A stretch of 42,141 bases of DNA from Patescibacteria group bacterium (GTDB taxonomy: Bacteria > Patescibacteriota > Minisyncoccia > UBA6257 > UBA9933): assembly GCA_038062875.1 (NCBI GenBank), contig JBBTWF010000005.1, positions 1 to 42,141 on the forward strand, given 5' to 3'. The notes below the pieces were generated by a model. That model worked only from the letters and a program-made list of their open reading frames with translations, ran no database searches and had not been told where the DNA came from. Both the position numbers and the translations under genes were made by a program. Shown here piece after piece: positions 34,711-42,141 of the stretch. Each line of letters starts with the position of its first letter. The stretch's first letter is position 1.

Positions 34711-35416
34711 AAAAAGTACGTGGAATGTTAATTTGAGTTAATATAAATCTATTTAAAATAATCCTCCATTTTACTATCGCCGGTAATTCTCTATTTTTAT
34801 TATACAATTTAATCGGCTTTTTACGCAAATTGTCGAAATTAATATCTATCAATTTCGGAGAATATGACAATCCGCAACCAACCGCCTTTAAGTATGCTTC
34901 TTTTACACACCAAAACAATATTATTAATTTTCTTTTGTTTTCTTTGTTTTGTCGGGATATTATTTTTAATTCATTGTCGGTAAGAAATTTTTTTGAAAAT
35001 GCACGATTTACTCCTTTTATTTTTTCTATATCAATACCCACAACTCCTTTCTGACGAACATTAACAATGCTCCCGACGCCTATACCGCCACAATGACTAA
35101 TTGAGATATCCGTTTCCTTGATTTCTTTTAGAATTTTCGAATCGCATTTCTTAATAATTTTATAAAACGGCCTGCCCGATTTTTTATTTAAAATCTCTAT
35201 TTTGTTAAAATCAATTAATAAATAAAATTTCTTTAAAAAATAACTCCGAATCGCTTTTTTAACGGCCATCCTTCCGGAAAACCAATCTTTTTGTTTTTTC
35301 CACGAAGAAATATTTTTATAAATATGCACCTCTTTTTCCGAAAGAAATCCACAAAGACGGTCGTTATTAATCTTCTTAACCTTAAATAAATGAACGGCGG
35401 GCGCTGAATTTCTCAT
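34700..35416 (-). CDS. 4'-phosphopantetheinyl transferase (Sfp/EntD type)
   Basis: It contains GIDIE and FWCVKEAYLKAVGCG (the W..KEA.lKa.G.G motif). Confidence 0.7.
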   Translation of the reverse strand: MRNSAPAVHLFKVKKINNDRLCGFLSEKEVHIYKNISSWKKQKDWFSGRMAVKKAIRSYFLKKFYLLIDFNKIEILNKKSGRPFYKIIKKCDSKILKEIKETDISISHCGGIGVGSIVNVRQKGVVGIDIEKIKGVNRAFSKKFLTDNELKIISRQNKENKRKLIILFWCVKEAYLKAVGCGLSYSPKLIDINFDNLRKKPIKLYNKNRELPAIVKWRIILNRFILTQINIPRTFYGR

Positions 35417-35474
35417 TTCATATTTAAATCTATATTAAAATCGCGCCAAAATCAAACAGATAATATCGAATCCT

Positions 35475-35503
35475 TGACTTTTCTTGAAGTAAAATTGTAT
35501 AAT
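35475..35503 (+). promoter_or_regulatory. Promoter for nusA (TTGACT -N17- TATAAT)
   Basis: Read directly. It is followed by the leader hairpin aagtccgc-cgaaa-gcggactt at 35515..35535. Confidence 0.6.
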
Positions 35504-35545
35504 TTAACTATTGAAAGTCCGCCGAAAGCGGACTTTTATAAAATT

Positions 35546-36748
35546 ATGATGGACTTAAAAAATCTCAATCGGGCGGTGGAGCAGATTGCCGACGAAAAAG
35601 GCATTGAACCGAAGCAGATTATGAACGTAATCGAAGAGTCAATCGCCGCCGCTTATAAAAAAGAATACGGGAAAAAAGGAGAAATTATCAGGGCAAAACT
35701 GGATTTAAAAACCGGCGATTTGGAATTTAAAAAAATAAAAACTGTGGTTGACGAAAACACGGTGGAAATAGCGGAGGCAAGAGAAGATGACGAAAAATAT
35801 GAAAAAGAAAAAAAACCAATTTTTGCTAAATCCGCGGAAGATGAAGAAAAACTGCCGCGTTATAATCCCGACCGCCATATTTTAATTAAAGAAGCGAAAC
35901 AAATCAAAAAAGACGTTGAACTCGGCGAAGAATTGGAATTTCCCTTAGAAGAACACGACGAATTTGGAAGAATCGCGGCCCAGGCCGCCAAACAGGTAAT
36001 TCTTCAAAAAATAAGAGAGGCCGAAAGAGCGTCAATCCAAAAAGAATACATAAATAAAGAAGGAGAGATTATTAGCGGTGTTGTCCAGCGCGTTGAACGA
36101 GGCAATGTTTATATTGATTTAGGCAGGGCTGTCGGAATGATGTTTTACAATGAGGCCATTCCAGGCGAACATTATCGAATCGGCGAACGACTGCGTTTTT
36201 ACGTTTTAGCGCTTCAAGAAGAAACCTCCAGATTGCCGGGGATTATTCTTTCCCGTTCTCACCCAAAATTCGTCAGCAAACTTTTTGAAATGGAAGTGCC
36301 GGAAATTCAAGACGGCTCAGTGGAAATTAAATCAATTGCTCGGGAAGCCGGCAGTAGAACGAAAATCGCGGTTACATCAAAAATAGAAGGCGTTGACCCG
36401 GTCGGCTCTTGCGTTGGCCAAAGAGGAACTCGCGTAATGTCCGTAACTAATGAGCTCGGTGTTGAAAAAATTGACATCATTGAATGGTCGGAAGACCCTG
36501 GTAAATTTATCGCCGCCGCTCTTTCTCCATCAAAAGTAAAAGATGTGGAAATTATGCCGCGCAGGGGAGCTAAAGCATTTGTGCCAGAAGATCAATTAAG
36601 TTTAGCAATCGGCAAAGGCGGACAAAATGTCCGACTTGCGGCTAAACTAACAGGTTGGAAAATCGATGTCCGTTCTCAATCGCGGCCCGAAGAAACACAT
36701 GAAGGCGGGACGGCAGAGGTGGAAGTGGAAAAAACAAATACTGAATAA
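35546..36748 (+). CDS. nusA: Transcription termination/antitermination factor NusA
   Basis: It has N-terminal, S1 and two KH domains (GSRTKIAV, GVEKIDII, GKGGQNVRLA). The start was moved to the ATG at 35546 because the track ORF overlaps its own promoter. Confidence 0.93.
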   Translation: MMDLKNLNRAVEQIADEKGIEPKQIMNVIEESIAAAYKKEYGKKGEIIRAKLDLKTGDLEFKKIKTVVDENTVEIAEAREDDEKYEKEKKPIFAKSAEDEEKLPRYNPDRHILIKEAKQIKKDVELGEELEFPLEEHDEFGRIAAQAAKQVILQKIREAERASIQKEYINKEGEIISGVVQRVERGNVYIDLGRAVGMMFYNEAIPGEHYRIGERLRFYVLALQEETSRLPGIILSRSHPKFVSKLFEMEVPEIQDGSVEIKSIAREAGSRTKIAVTSKIEGVDPVGSCVGQRGTRVMSVTNELGVEKIDIIEWSEDPGKFIAAALSPSKVKDVEIMPRRGAKAFVPEDQLSLAIGKGGQNVRLAAKLTGWKIDVRSQSRPEETHEGGTAEVEVEKTNTE

Positions 36749-36766
36749 GTTTGGTTTAAAAAACAT

Positions 36767-38743
36767 ATGTTCAATATTTATTCTTTAACCTTAATCCCAA
36801 TTATTATCGCAATCTTGTATAGTTTATATTTGATTTTCTGGCTTAAAAAACAGCCGACCGGCAGTCCAGAGATGGTAGAAATCTCTAAGGCCATCCAAAC
36901 CGGCTCTTCGGCTTATCTTAATCGTCAATATCGTAGTGTTGCTATTGTGGCAACTATTCTTTTTATTGTTATTTATATCTTTCTTAGCGCCTTATCGGCA
37001 ATCGGTTTTTTAGTCGGGGCAATTGCTTCTGCTTTAGCAGGTTATATCGGAATGAATGTCGCTGTCCGCTCTAATGCTAAGACCACGGAAGCGGCCAAAA
37101 AGGGATTGTTGCCCGCTCTTTCTTTGGCATTTAGAGCCGGTTCGGTAACTGGATTTTTAGTAGTCGCTCTGGCGCTTTTAGCGGTGGCTGGCTTTTATTT
37201 CTTAACGAATGACATAAAAGTTTTAATAAGTTTAAGTTTTGGCGCGAGTTTAATTTCGATTTTTGCGCGGCTGGGCGGTGGCATTTTCACCAAAGCCGCT
37301 GATGTGGGAGCTGATTTAGTAGGCAAAGTGGAAGCCGGCATTCCGGAAGACGACCCAAGAAATCCGGCTGTTATCGCCGATAATGTCGGCGACAATGTCG
37401 GCGACTGCGCCGGAATGGCGGCTGATCTTTTTGAAACATACGCCGTTACTTTAACCGCGGCAATTCTACTCGGCTCTCTGATAATCGGCATTAATGGCGT
37501 TAATTTCCCGTTAGTTCTTGCAGGTTTAGCGATTATAGCCTCAATAATCGGCGCTTTGTTTGTCCGTCTTGGCAAAAATCAAGATATTATGGCAGCTCTT
37601 TACAAAGGACTTTTCGCTTCATTGCTCATTTCCGCTATTTTATTTTATCCGGCAAGCAAAATGTATTTCGCTGAAAATTATTTGAATATCTATCTTTGCG
37701 CTTTAATCGGCCTAATAATTACGGCTTTAATGGTTATTATCACCGACTATTACACTGCTAAAAAATTCAGACCGGTTCAATCCATCGCTAATGCTTCGCG
37801 CTCCGGTCACGGCACAAATATTATTATAGGATTAGCGGTTGGGATGGAATCAACCGGATTGCCGATTGTTTTGATTATCGCCGGCGTCTTGACAAGTTTC
37901 GGTTTGGCTGGAATTTACGGAATCGCCATTGCCGCTGTAGCTATGCTTTCCGTGGCAGGCGTAATAATCGCCATTGATTCTTTCGGACCGGTTACCGACA
38001 ACGCCGGCGGCATCGCGGAAATGACCAATCAGCCGCAGGAAGTCAGAAAAATCACCGACGCTCTTGATTCTGTTGGTAATACCACCAAAGCCATTACCAA
38101 GGGATATGCTATTGCTTCGGCTGGTTTGGCCGCTTTAGTTTTGTTTGCTAGCTACACTGAAGAATTATCCGGATTCATTAAAGATATAAAATTTGAACTT
38201 CAGAATCCTTATGTTATTGCCGGCTTATTCTTGGGAGCGGCTGTACCCTATCTTTTCAGTTCAATGGCAATGAGAGCGGTTGGCAAAACAGCCGGTTCGG
38301 TTGTCGAAGAAGTCCGTCGGCAATTCAGAGAAATCCCGGGAATTATGAAGGGGGAAAATAAACCCGATTACGGTCGAGCGGTTGATATTGTTACCAAAGC
38401 GGCTATCAAAGAAATGATTATCCCAGCTCTGATTCCTGTTGTTTCAGTTCTTTTGGTTGGATTTTTATTAGGCGCTGAAGCCCTTGGCGGATTTCTAATC
38501 GGTTCAATTATTTCGGGTTTATTTATGGCGCTCTCAATGACAGCCGGAGGAGCGGCCTGGGATAACGCTAAAAAATACATTGAGGAGGGCAACTTTGGCG
38601 GCAAGGGTTCGGAAGCTCATAAAGCCGCGGTTACCGGAGACACAGTCGGCGACCCATACAAAGACACCGCAGGCCCAGCTATTAATCCTTTAATCAAAGT
38701 TATTAATATTGTGGCGTTGCTGATTGTAAAATTTTTAAAGTAA
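36767..38743 (+). CDS. hppA: Membrane-bound proton/sodium-translocating pyrophosphatase
   Basis: The motifs [22 protein letters not shown] and DNAGGIAEM are present in a 16-TM-like topology. Confidence 0.93.
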   Translation: MFNIYSLTLIPIIIAILYSLYLIFWLKKQPTGSPEMVEISKAIQTGSSAYLNRQYRSVAIVATILFIVIYIFLSALSAIGFLVGAIASALAGYIGMNVAVRSNAKTTEAAKKGLLPALSLAFRAGSVTGFLVVALALLAVAGFYFLTNDIKVLISLSFGASLISIFARLGGGIFTKAADVGADLVGKVEAGIPEDDPRNPAVIADNVGDNVGDCAGMAADLFETYAVTLTAAILLGSLIIGINGVNFPLVLAGLAIIASIIGALFVRLGKNQDIMAALYKGLFASLLISAILFYPASKMYFAENYLNIYLCALIGLIITALMVIITDYYTAKKFRPVQSIANASRSGHGTNIIIGLAVGMESTGLPIVLIIAGVLTSFGLAGIYGIAIAAVAMLSVAGVIIAIDSFGPVTDNAGGIAEMTNQPQEVRKITDALDSVGNTTKAITKGYAIASAGLAALVLFASYTEELSGFIKDIKFELQNPYVIAGLFLGAAVPYLFSSMAMRAVGKTAGSVVEEVRRQFREIPGIMKGENKPDYGRAVDIVTKAAIKEMIIPALIPVVSVLLVGFLLGAEALGGFLIGSIISGLFMALSMTAGGAAWDNAKKYIEEGNFGGKGSEAHKAAVTGDTVGDPYKDTAGPAINPLIKVINIVALLIVKFLK

Positions 38744-38842
38744 ATCCCGCACCTTTTTGGCAAAATATTAAATCACTGCTAAAAAATTTGTATTTTCACC
38801 ATCAGAGAAACTGTGGTATTCCAAAAAGGTGCGGGATAAATT
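38744..38842. repeat. Inverted-repeat element AAATCCCGCACCTTTTT ... AAAAAGGTGCGGGATAAA (second member of the 958..1028 family)
   Basis: The shared 12-13-bp termini were read directly. The internal 60 bp are AT-rich and unrelated to the 958 copy. Confidence 0.7.
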
Positions 38843-38853
38843 ATAATAAAACC

Positions 38854-39450
38854 ATGGAATACGACCAATACTTAATTCCGACCGTAATTGAAAAATCCCA
38901 ATACGGCGAACGCGCTTACGACATATATTCCAGACTTCTCAAAGAACGGATAATTTTTCTTGGCGGGCCGATTACTGATGCTGTGGCAAACATAATAATC
39001 GCCCAACTTTTATTTTTGGAACACGAAGACCAGAAAAAAGATATCACACTTTATCTTAATACTCCGGGCGGAATGGTGACGGCTGGTTTGGCGATTTACG
39101 ATACAATGCAGCATATAAAACCCGATGTTTCAACGATTTGCGTCGGCATCGCCGGCTCAATGGGAGCGGTGCTTTTAGCTGCCGGAAAAAAAGGCAAAAG
39201 ATTTATTCTGCCTAATTCCGAAGTTCTGCTTCACCAAGTAATGGGCGGCGGCGAAGGCCAAGCAATAGAAGTGGAAATCGCGGCTCGTCATATTATAAAA
39301 ATCAAAGACCAATTAAGCCAAATCTTAACAAAACATACCGGACAATCGCTGTCTAAAATTGAAAACGACACTGACCGAGATTTCTGGCTTACAGCCAAAG
39401 AAGCCAAAGAATACGGAGTTGTTGATGAAATTATCAAGGCGAAGAAGTAA
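38854..39450 (+). CDS. clpP: ATP-dependent Clp protease proteolytic subunit
   Basis: It contains [11 protein letters not shown] (catalytic Ser), His and Asp regions. The ATG at 38854 is preferred, because the longer ORF begins inside the IR element. Confidence 0.93.
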   Translation: MEYDQYLIPTVIEKSQYGERAYDIYSRLLKERIIFLGGPITDAVANIIIAQLLFLEHEDQKKDITLYLNTPGGMVTAGLAIYDTMQHIKPDVSTICVGIAGSMGAVLLAAGKKGKRFILPNSEVLLHQVMGGGEGQAIEVEIAARHIIKIKDQLSQILTKHTGQSLSKIENDTDRDFWLTAKEAKEYGVVDEIIKAKK

Positions 39451-39452
39451 CT

Positions 39453-40208
39453 ATGTATATTTTCTATTGGATTCTCGGCGCCAGCGTCTTTGGGGGAATT
39501 TTCTCTTTAGTCGGGGGTTTACTGCTTCTTTATAAAGAAAACTTAGCGCGCCGTCTTTCTCTTTATTTCGTAAGTTTCGCCATTGGCGCTCTTTTGGGAG
39601 CGGCTTTTTTTGATTTAATTCCGGAGGCCTTGAAACTTGACGAAAATACAGGGAGCCAAAATTTAATTTTAGGCATTGCTCTTACCGGCTTTCTTCTTCT
39701 TTTTATCTTTGAAAAATTTCTCAAATGGCATCACTGCCACGATGAAGAAATATGTGAAATCCATACTTTTAATTCAACAGTTATTTTCAGCGACACAATC
39801 CACAACTTCATTGACGGAATTATTATTGCTTCAAGTTTTTTAGTTTCTATACCGGTCGGTATTGCCTCTTCTTTGGCGATTTTTTTCCATGAAGTTCCTC
39901 ATAAAATTGGCGATTTCGGGGTTTTGCTTCACAGCGGTTACAATAGTAGAAAAGTAATTATTATAAATCTTTTTTCTAGTTTTGCCTCTCCTTTGGGAGC
40001 GATTGCCGCTTTTTTGGCCGCGCCGATTTTTATAAACCGCCTCCCCTATTTGTTGTCTTTCGCCGCCGGCTCGTTCATATACATTGCCGCTACCGACCTT
40101 TTGCCTCACGTCCACCACAAAACCAAGGGCTCTGATTTTTCGCATCTTTTTATAATTATTCTGGGGATTTTAACTATTTTCGGCATTGGCGTTTTACTGC
40201 CAGAGTAA
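39453..40208 (+). CDS. zupT: ZIP-family divalent metal transporter (ZupT-like)
   Basis: HEVPHKIGDF and histidine-rich helices identify it. Confidence 0.8.
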   Translation: MYIFYWILGASVFGGIFSLVGGLLLLYKENLARRLSLYFVSFAIGALLGAAFFDLIPEALKLDENTGSQNLILGIALTGFLLLFIFEKFLKWHHCHDEEICEIHTFNSTVIFSDTIHNFIDGIIIASSFLVSIPVGIASSLAIFFHEVPHKIGDFGVLLHSGYNSRKVIIINLFSSFASPLGAIAAFLAAPIFINRLPYLLSFAAGSFIYIAATDLLPHVHHKTKGSDFSHLFIIILGILTIFGIGVLLPE

Positions 40209-40222
40209 TATAATAAAAATAT

Positions 40223-41263
40223 ATGAAAATCGCTTTTTTTGAAATTGAGGACTGGGAAATTCTTTATATCAAAGCGCGGATAAATACGGATATCAACGCA
40301 GATAAATACGGATTCGATTTATTTTTTTCTAAAGAAAAATTAAATAAGGATAATTTACCCGAGAAAAAGGACTTTGACATTATCTCTATTTTTGTCGGGT
40401 CAAAAATTGATAAAGAAACGATAAACGCTTTTCCTAATCTTAAATTAATTACCACTCGCTCAACCGGTTTTGACCATATTGATTTAAAATCCGCCAAAGA
40501 AAAAAATATCCAGGTCGCTTATGTGCCGGGCTACGGCGACAACACAGTGGCTGAATTCGCTTTCGCGCTTATATTAACTTTGTCAAGAAAAATCTTTGAG
40601 GCCTATGATCGCATTAAAGAAAAAGGATTGTTCAATTTTGACGGACTTCGAGGTTTTGATTTAAAAGGAAAAACCATCGGCATTGTCGGCACCGGCAGAA
40701 TCGGAAAATATATGGTCAAAATCGCCAATGGATTTGGAATGAAGGTGATTGCCGTAGATGCCAAACCCGATGAAAAATTCGCAAAAGAGGAAAATTTTAG
40801 ATATATGCCACTTGAAGAAGTTTTAGCTAACGCCGATATTGTTTCACTTCATACTCCTTATTCACCTTCAACTCATCATTTAATCAACGCTGATAATATC
40901 AATAAAATCAAAAAAGGCGCGATTTTAATTAATACCAGCCGCGGACCGCTTGTGGAAACCGAAGCAATAGTAAAGGCCTTAAATGACGGAATTTTAGGCG
41001 GCTACGGCGCCGATGTTCTGGAAGAGGAAGGCGTTATTAGCGACGAAAAAGCGTTTTTACTTTACGGCCGCCCGGAAGAACACGATATGAGAGCTATTTT
41101 AGCTGACCATGTTTTAATTGATATGCCGAACGTGATTATCACTCCGCACACCGCTTTCAATACTACCGAAGCGCTTCAACGGATTTTAAACGCGGATATT
41201 GAAAATATTAAATCTTTTTTAGAAAAAGGCGCGCCGACTTACTCCATCGACAACTCAACATAA
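40223..41263 (+). CDS. D-isomer-specific 2-hydroxyacid dehydrogenase (LdhA/SerA-like), NAD-binding
   Basis: It has GIVGTGRIGKYMVKIANGFGMKVIAVD (Rossmann) and the catalytic R/E/H pattern (INTSRG ... HTAF). Confidence 0.8.
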   Translation: MKIAFFEIEDWEILYIKARINTDINADKYGFDLFFSKEKLNKDNLPEKKDFDIISIFVGSKIDKETINAFPNLKLITTRSTGFDHIDLKSAKEKNIQVAYVPGYGDNTVAEFAFALILTLSRKIFEAYDRIKEKGLFNFDGLRGFDLKGKTIGIVGTGRIGKYMVKIANGFGMKVIAVDAKPDEKFAKEENFRYMPLEEVLANADIVSLHTPYSPSTHHLINADNINKIKKGAILINTSRGPLVETEAIVKALNDGILGGYGADVLEEEGVISDEKAFLLYGRPEEHDMRAILADHVLIDMPNVIITPHTAFNTTEALQRILNADIENIKSFLEKGAPTYSIDNST

Positions 41264-42141
41264 AAAATGGCCCCCTTCCCAATCCCTTCGCTCTCAGCCC
41301 ACACTCTTCCGTTGTGCGCTTTTATGATTGAGGCGGCGATGAATAGGCCGATGCCTCTGCCTGTGGTGTAAAGTTTTTGCGCTTGCTCGCCTCGCTCAAA
41401 GTATTTGGTAAATAATGTGGGCAGTTCTTCCGGATTGACGCCAATGCCGTTGTCTTTGATGGCGACTTGGAAGGAGGAATTGATGGTTTTGCCTTGAATT
41501 ATGATTTCTCCTTTGGGGGCTTGCCCCGCACCGAGCTTGCTCTGGTGCGGGGTGTATTTGACAGCATTATCAATCAAATTAGACAAGGCGATTTTGAGTT
41601 TTTCAAGGTCAGCGGGGATAAGAGGCCAGTCCTGTTTGTTTGTTGGAATGAGCTTGATATTGAGGTTCTTGGTTTGGATTTCCTGTTGAAATTCGTTGAG
41701 GATTTCATCAATAATATCTCTGATATTGATTGGATGTATATTCAACGGCTGTTTGCCAACCTGAAGCTGGGAAATATCCAATAGTTCATTGACCAGTTTG
41801 ACGAGACGGTCGGTGGAAACAGAAACCCTGAAAAGGCGGTCTTTGGTCTGTGTTTGTAATGTTTTGTCTTTGTCGAGAATGGCGGACAGATAACCTTTCA
41901 TAATGGTAAGAGGAGTTCTCAGATGATGCTGGGTTGCCAAAATGAATTGGTCTTTGACTTCTGAAAGATGAAGCAGTTCCTTGTGAGCTTGTTTTTCAAT
42001 GATATACGCCCTTTCCACTTGTTTGGATTTGCGCCAGAACAGATTGCCAAGCCAAAATGTGAGAATGGCCGCGATCAAGGGAATTGTCCAGAATTTGAAG
42101 CCGGGAATGTTTGCCACGAACCAATAACTCAAGAATGTGAT
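41239..42141 (-). CDS. Sensor histidine kinase (partial; the N-terminus lies beyond the window end)
   Basis: It has the H box HHLRTPLT and the HATPase N/G boxes (NLIDNAVKYT, DNGIGV, GRGIGL). The ORF is open at the window edge. Confidence 0.8.
   Translation of the reverse strand: MTFLSYWFVANIPGFKFWTIPLIAAILTFWLGNLFWRKSKQVERAYIIEKQAHKELLHLSEVKDQFILATQHHLRTPLTIMKGYLSAILDKDKTLQTQTKDRLFRVSVSTDRLVKLVNELLDISQLQVGKQPLNIHPINIRDIIDEILNEFQQEIQTKNLNIKLIPTNKQDWPLIPADLEKLKIALSNLIDNAVKYTPHQSKLGAGQAPKGEIIIQGKTINSSFQVAIKDNGIGVNPEELPTLFTKYFERGEQAQKLYTTGRGIGLFIAASIIKAHNGRVWAESEGIGKGAIFYVELSME

Noticed and set aside
35474-35545. N-terminal extension of the nusA track ORF
   Set aside because: It would begin inside its own -35 element and span the leader hairpin. 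NusA homology starts at the MMDLKNL... methionines at 35546/35549.
1-42141. CRISPR arrays, rRNA genes, IS transposases
   Set aside because: No regularly spaced repeat-spacer array was seen. The tandem and dispersed repeats found are too short, irregular or in-frame. No rRNA-like conserved stretches were seen, and no ORF has a DDE or serine-recombinase transposase signature.

Overview
This is an AT-rich, gene-dense 42 kb window that looks like a reduced bacterial genome; Candidate Phyla Radiation (CPR)/Patescibacteria-like is my inference. Supporting signs are a short four-domain S1 protein, compact operons, and no signs of an elaborate metabolism. Most of the window is housekeeping: ftsK, a rodZ-like gene, recA, the glyA-folD-dgkA operon, obg, cdd, ftsH, rpsA, gyrA, rpsO, pnp, nusA, an H+-pyrophosphatase, clpP, a ZIP transporter, a D-2-hydroxyacid dehydrogenase, a partial histidine kinase, and four tRNAs (Val-GAC, Val-TAC, Ile-TAT, Leu-TAG).

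The accessory and unusual content is:
1. A rearranged phosphomannomutase (pmm) locus. It carries an AbiEii-like toxin with a small upstream partner, an orphan duplicate of the pmm N-terminus, and a 51-bp perfect direct repeat.
2. A tandem array of four paralogous small secreted two-helix proteins with a VirB2/TrbC-pilin-like topology, downstream of an orphan membrane-anchored solute-binding protein.
3. An SPFH/band-7 operon next to tRNA-Leu and a Xer-type tyrosine recombinase.
4. A compact candidate biosynthesis-and-export locus. One operon encodes a DedA-like protein, an N-acyl-amino-acid-synthase-like acyltransferase, a 2-TM protein, an E1/ThiF-like adenylyltransferase and a SagB/nitroreductase-like protein. 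The convergent operon encodes a PPTase, an ACP-like protein and a MacB/FtsX ABC exporter. This is the most likely novel system in the window.
5. Several families of short repeats and GC-rich palindromes. Some sit in-frame inside essential genes (pmm, xerC/D, folD, glyA, gyrA, pnp), as the palindromic elements of Rickettsia do.
6. Two elements that share the terminal inverted repeat AAATCCCGCACC.

No CRISPR array, rRNA or recognisable transposase was seen.
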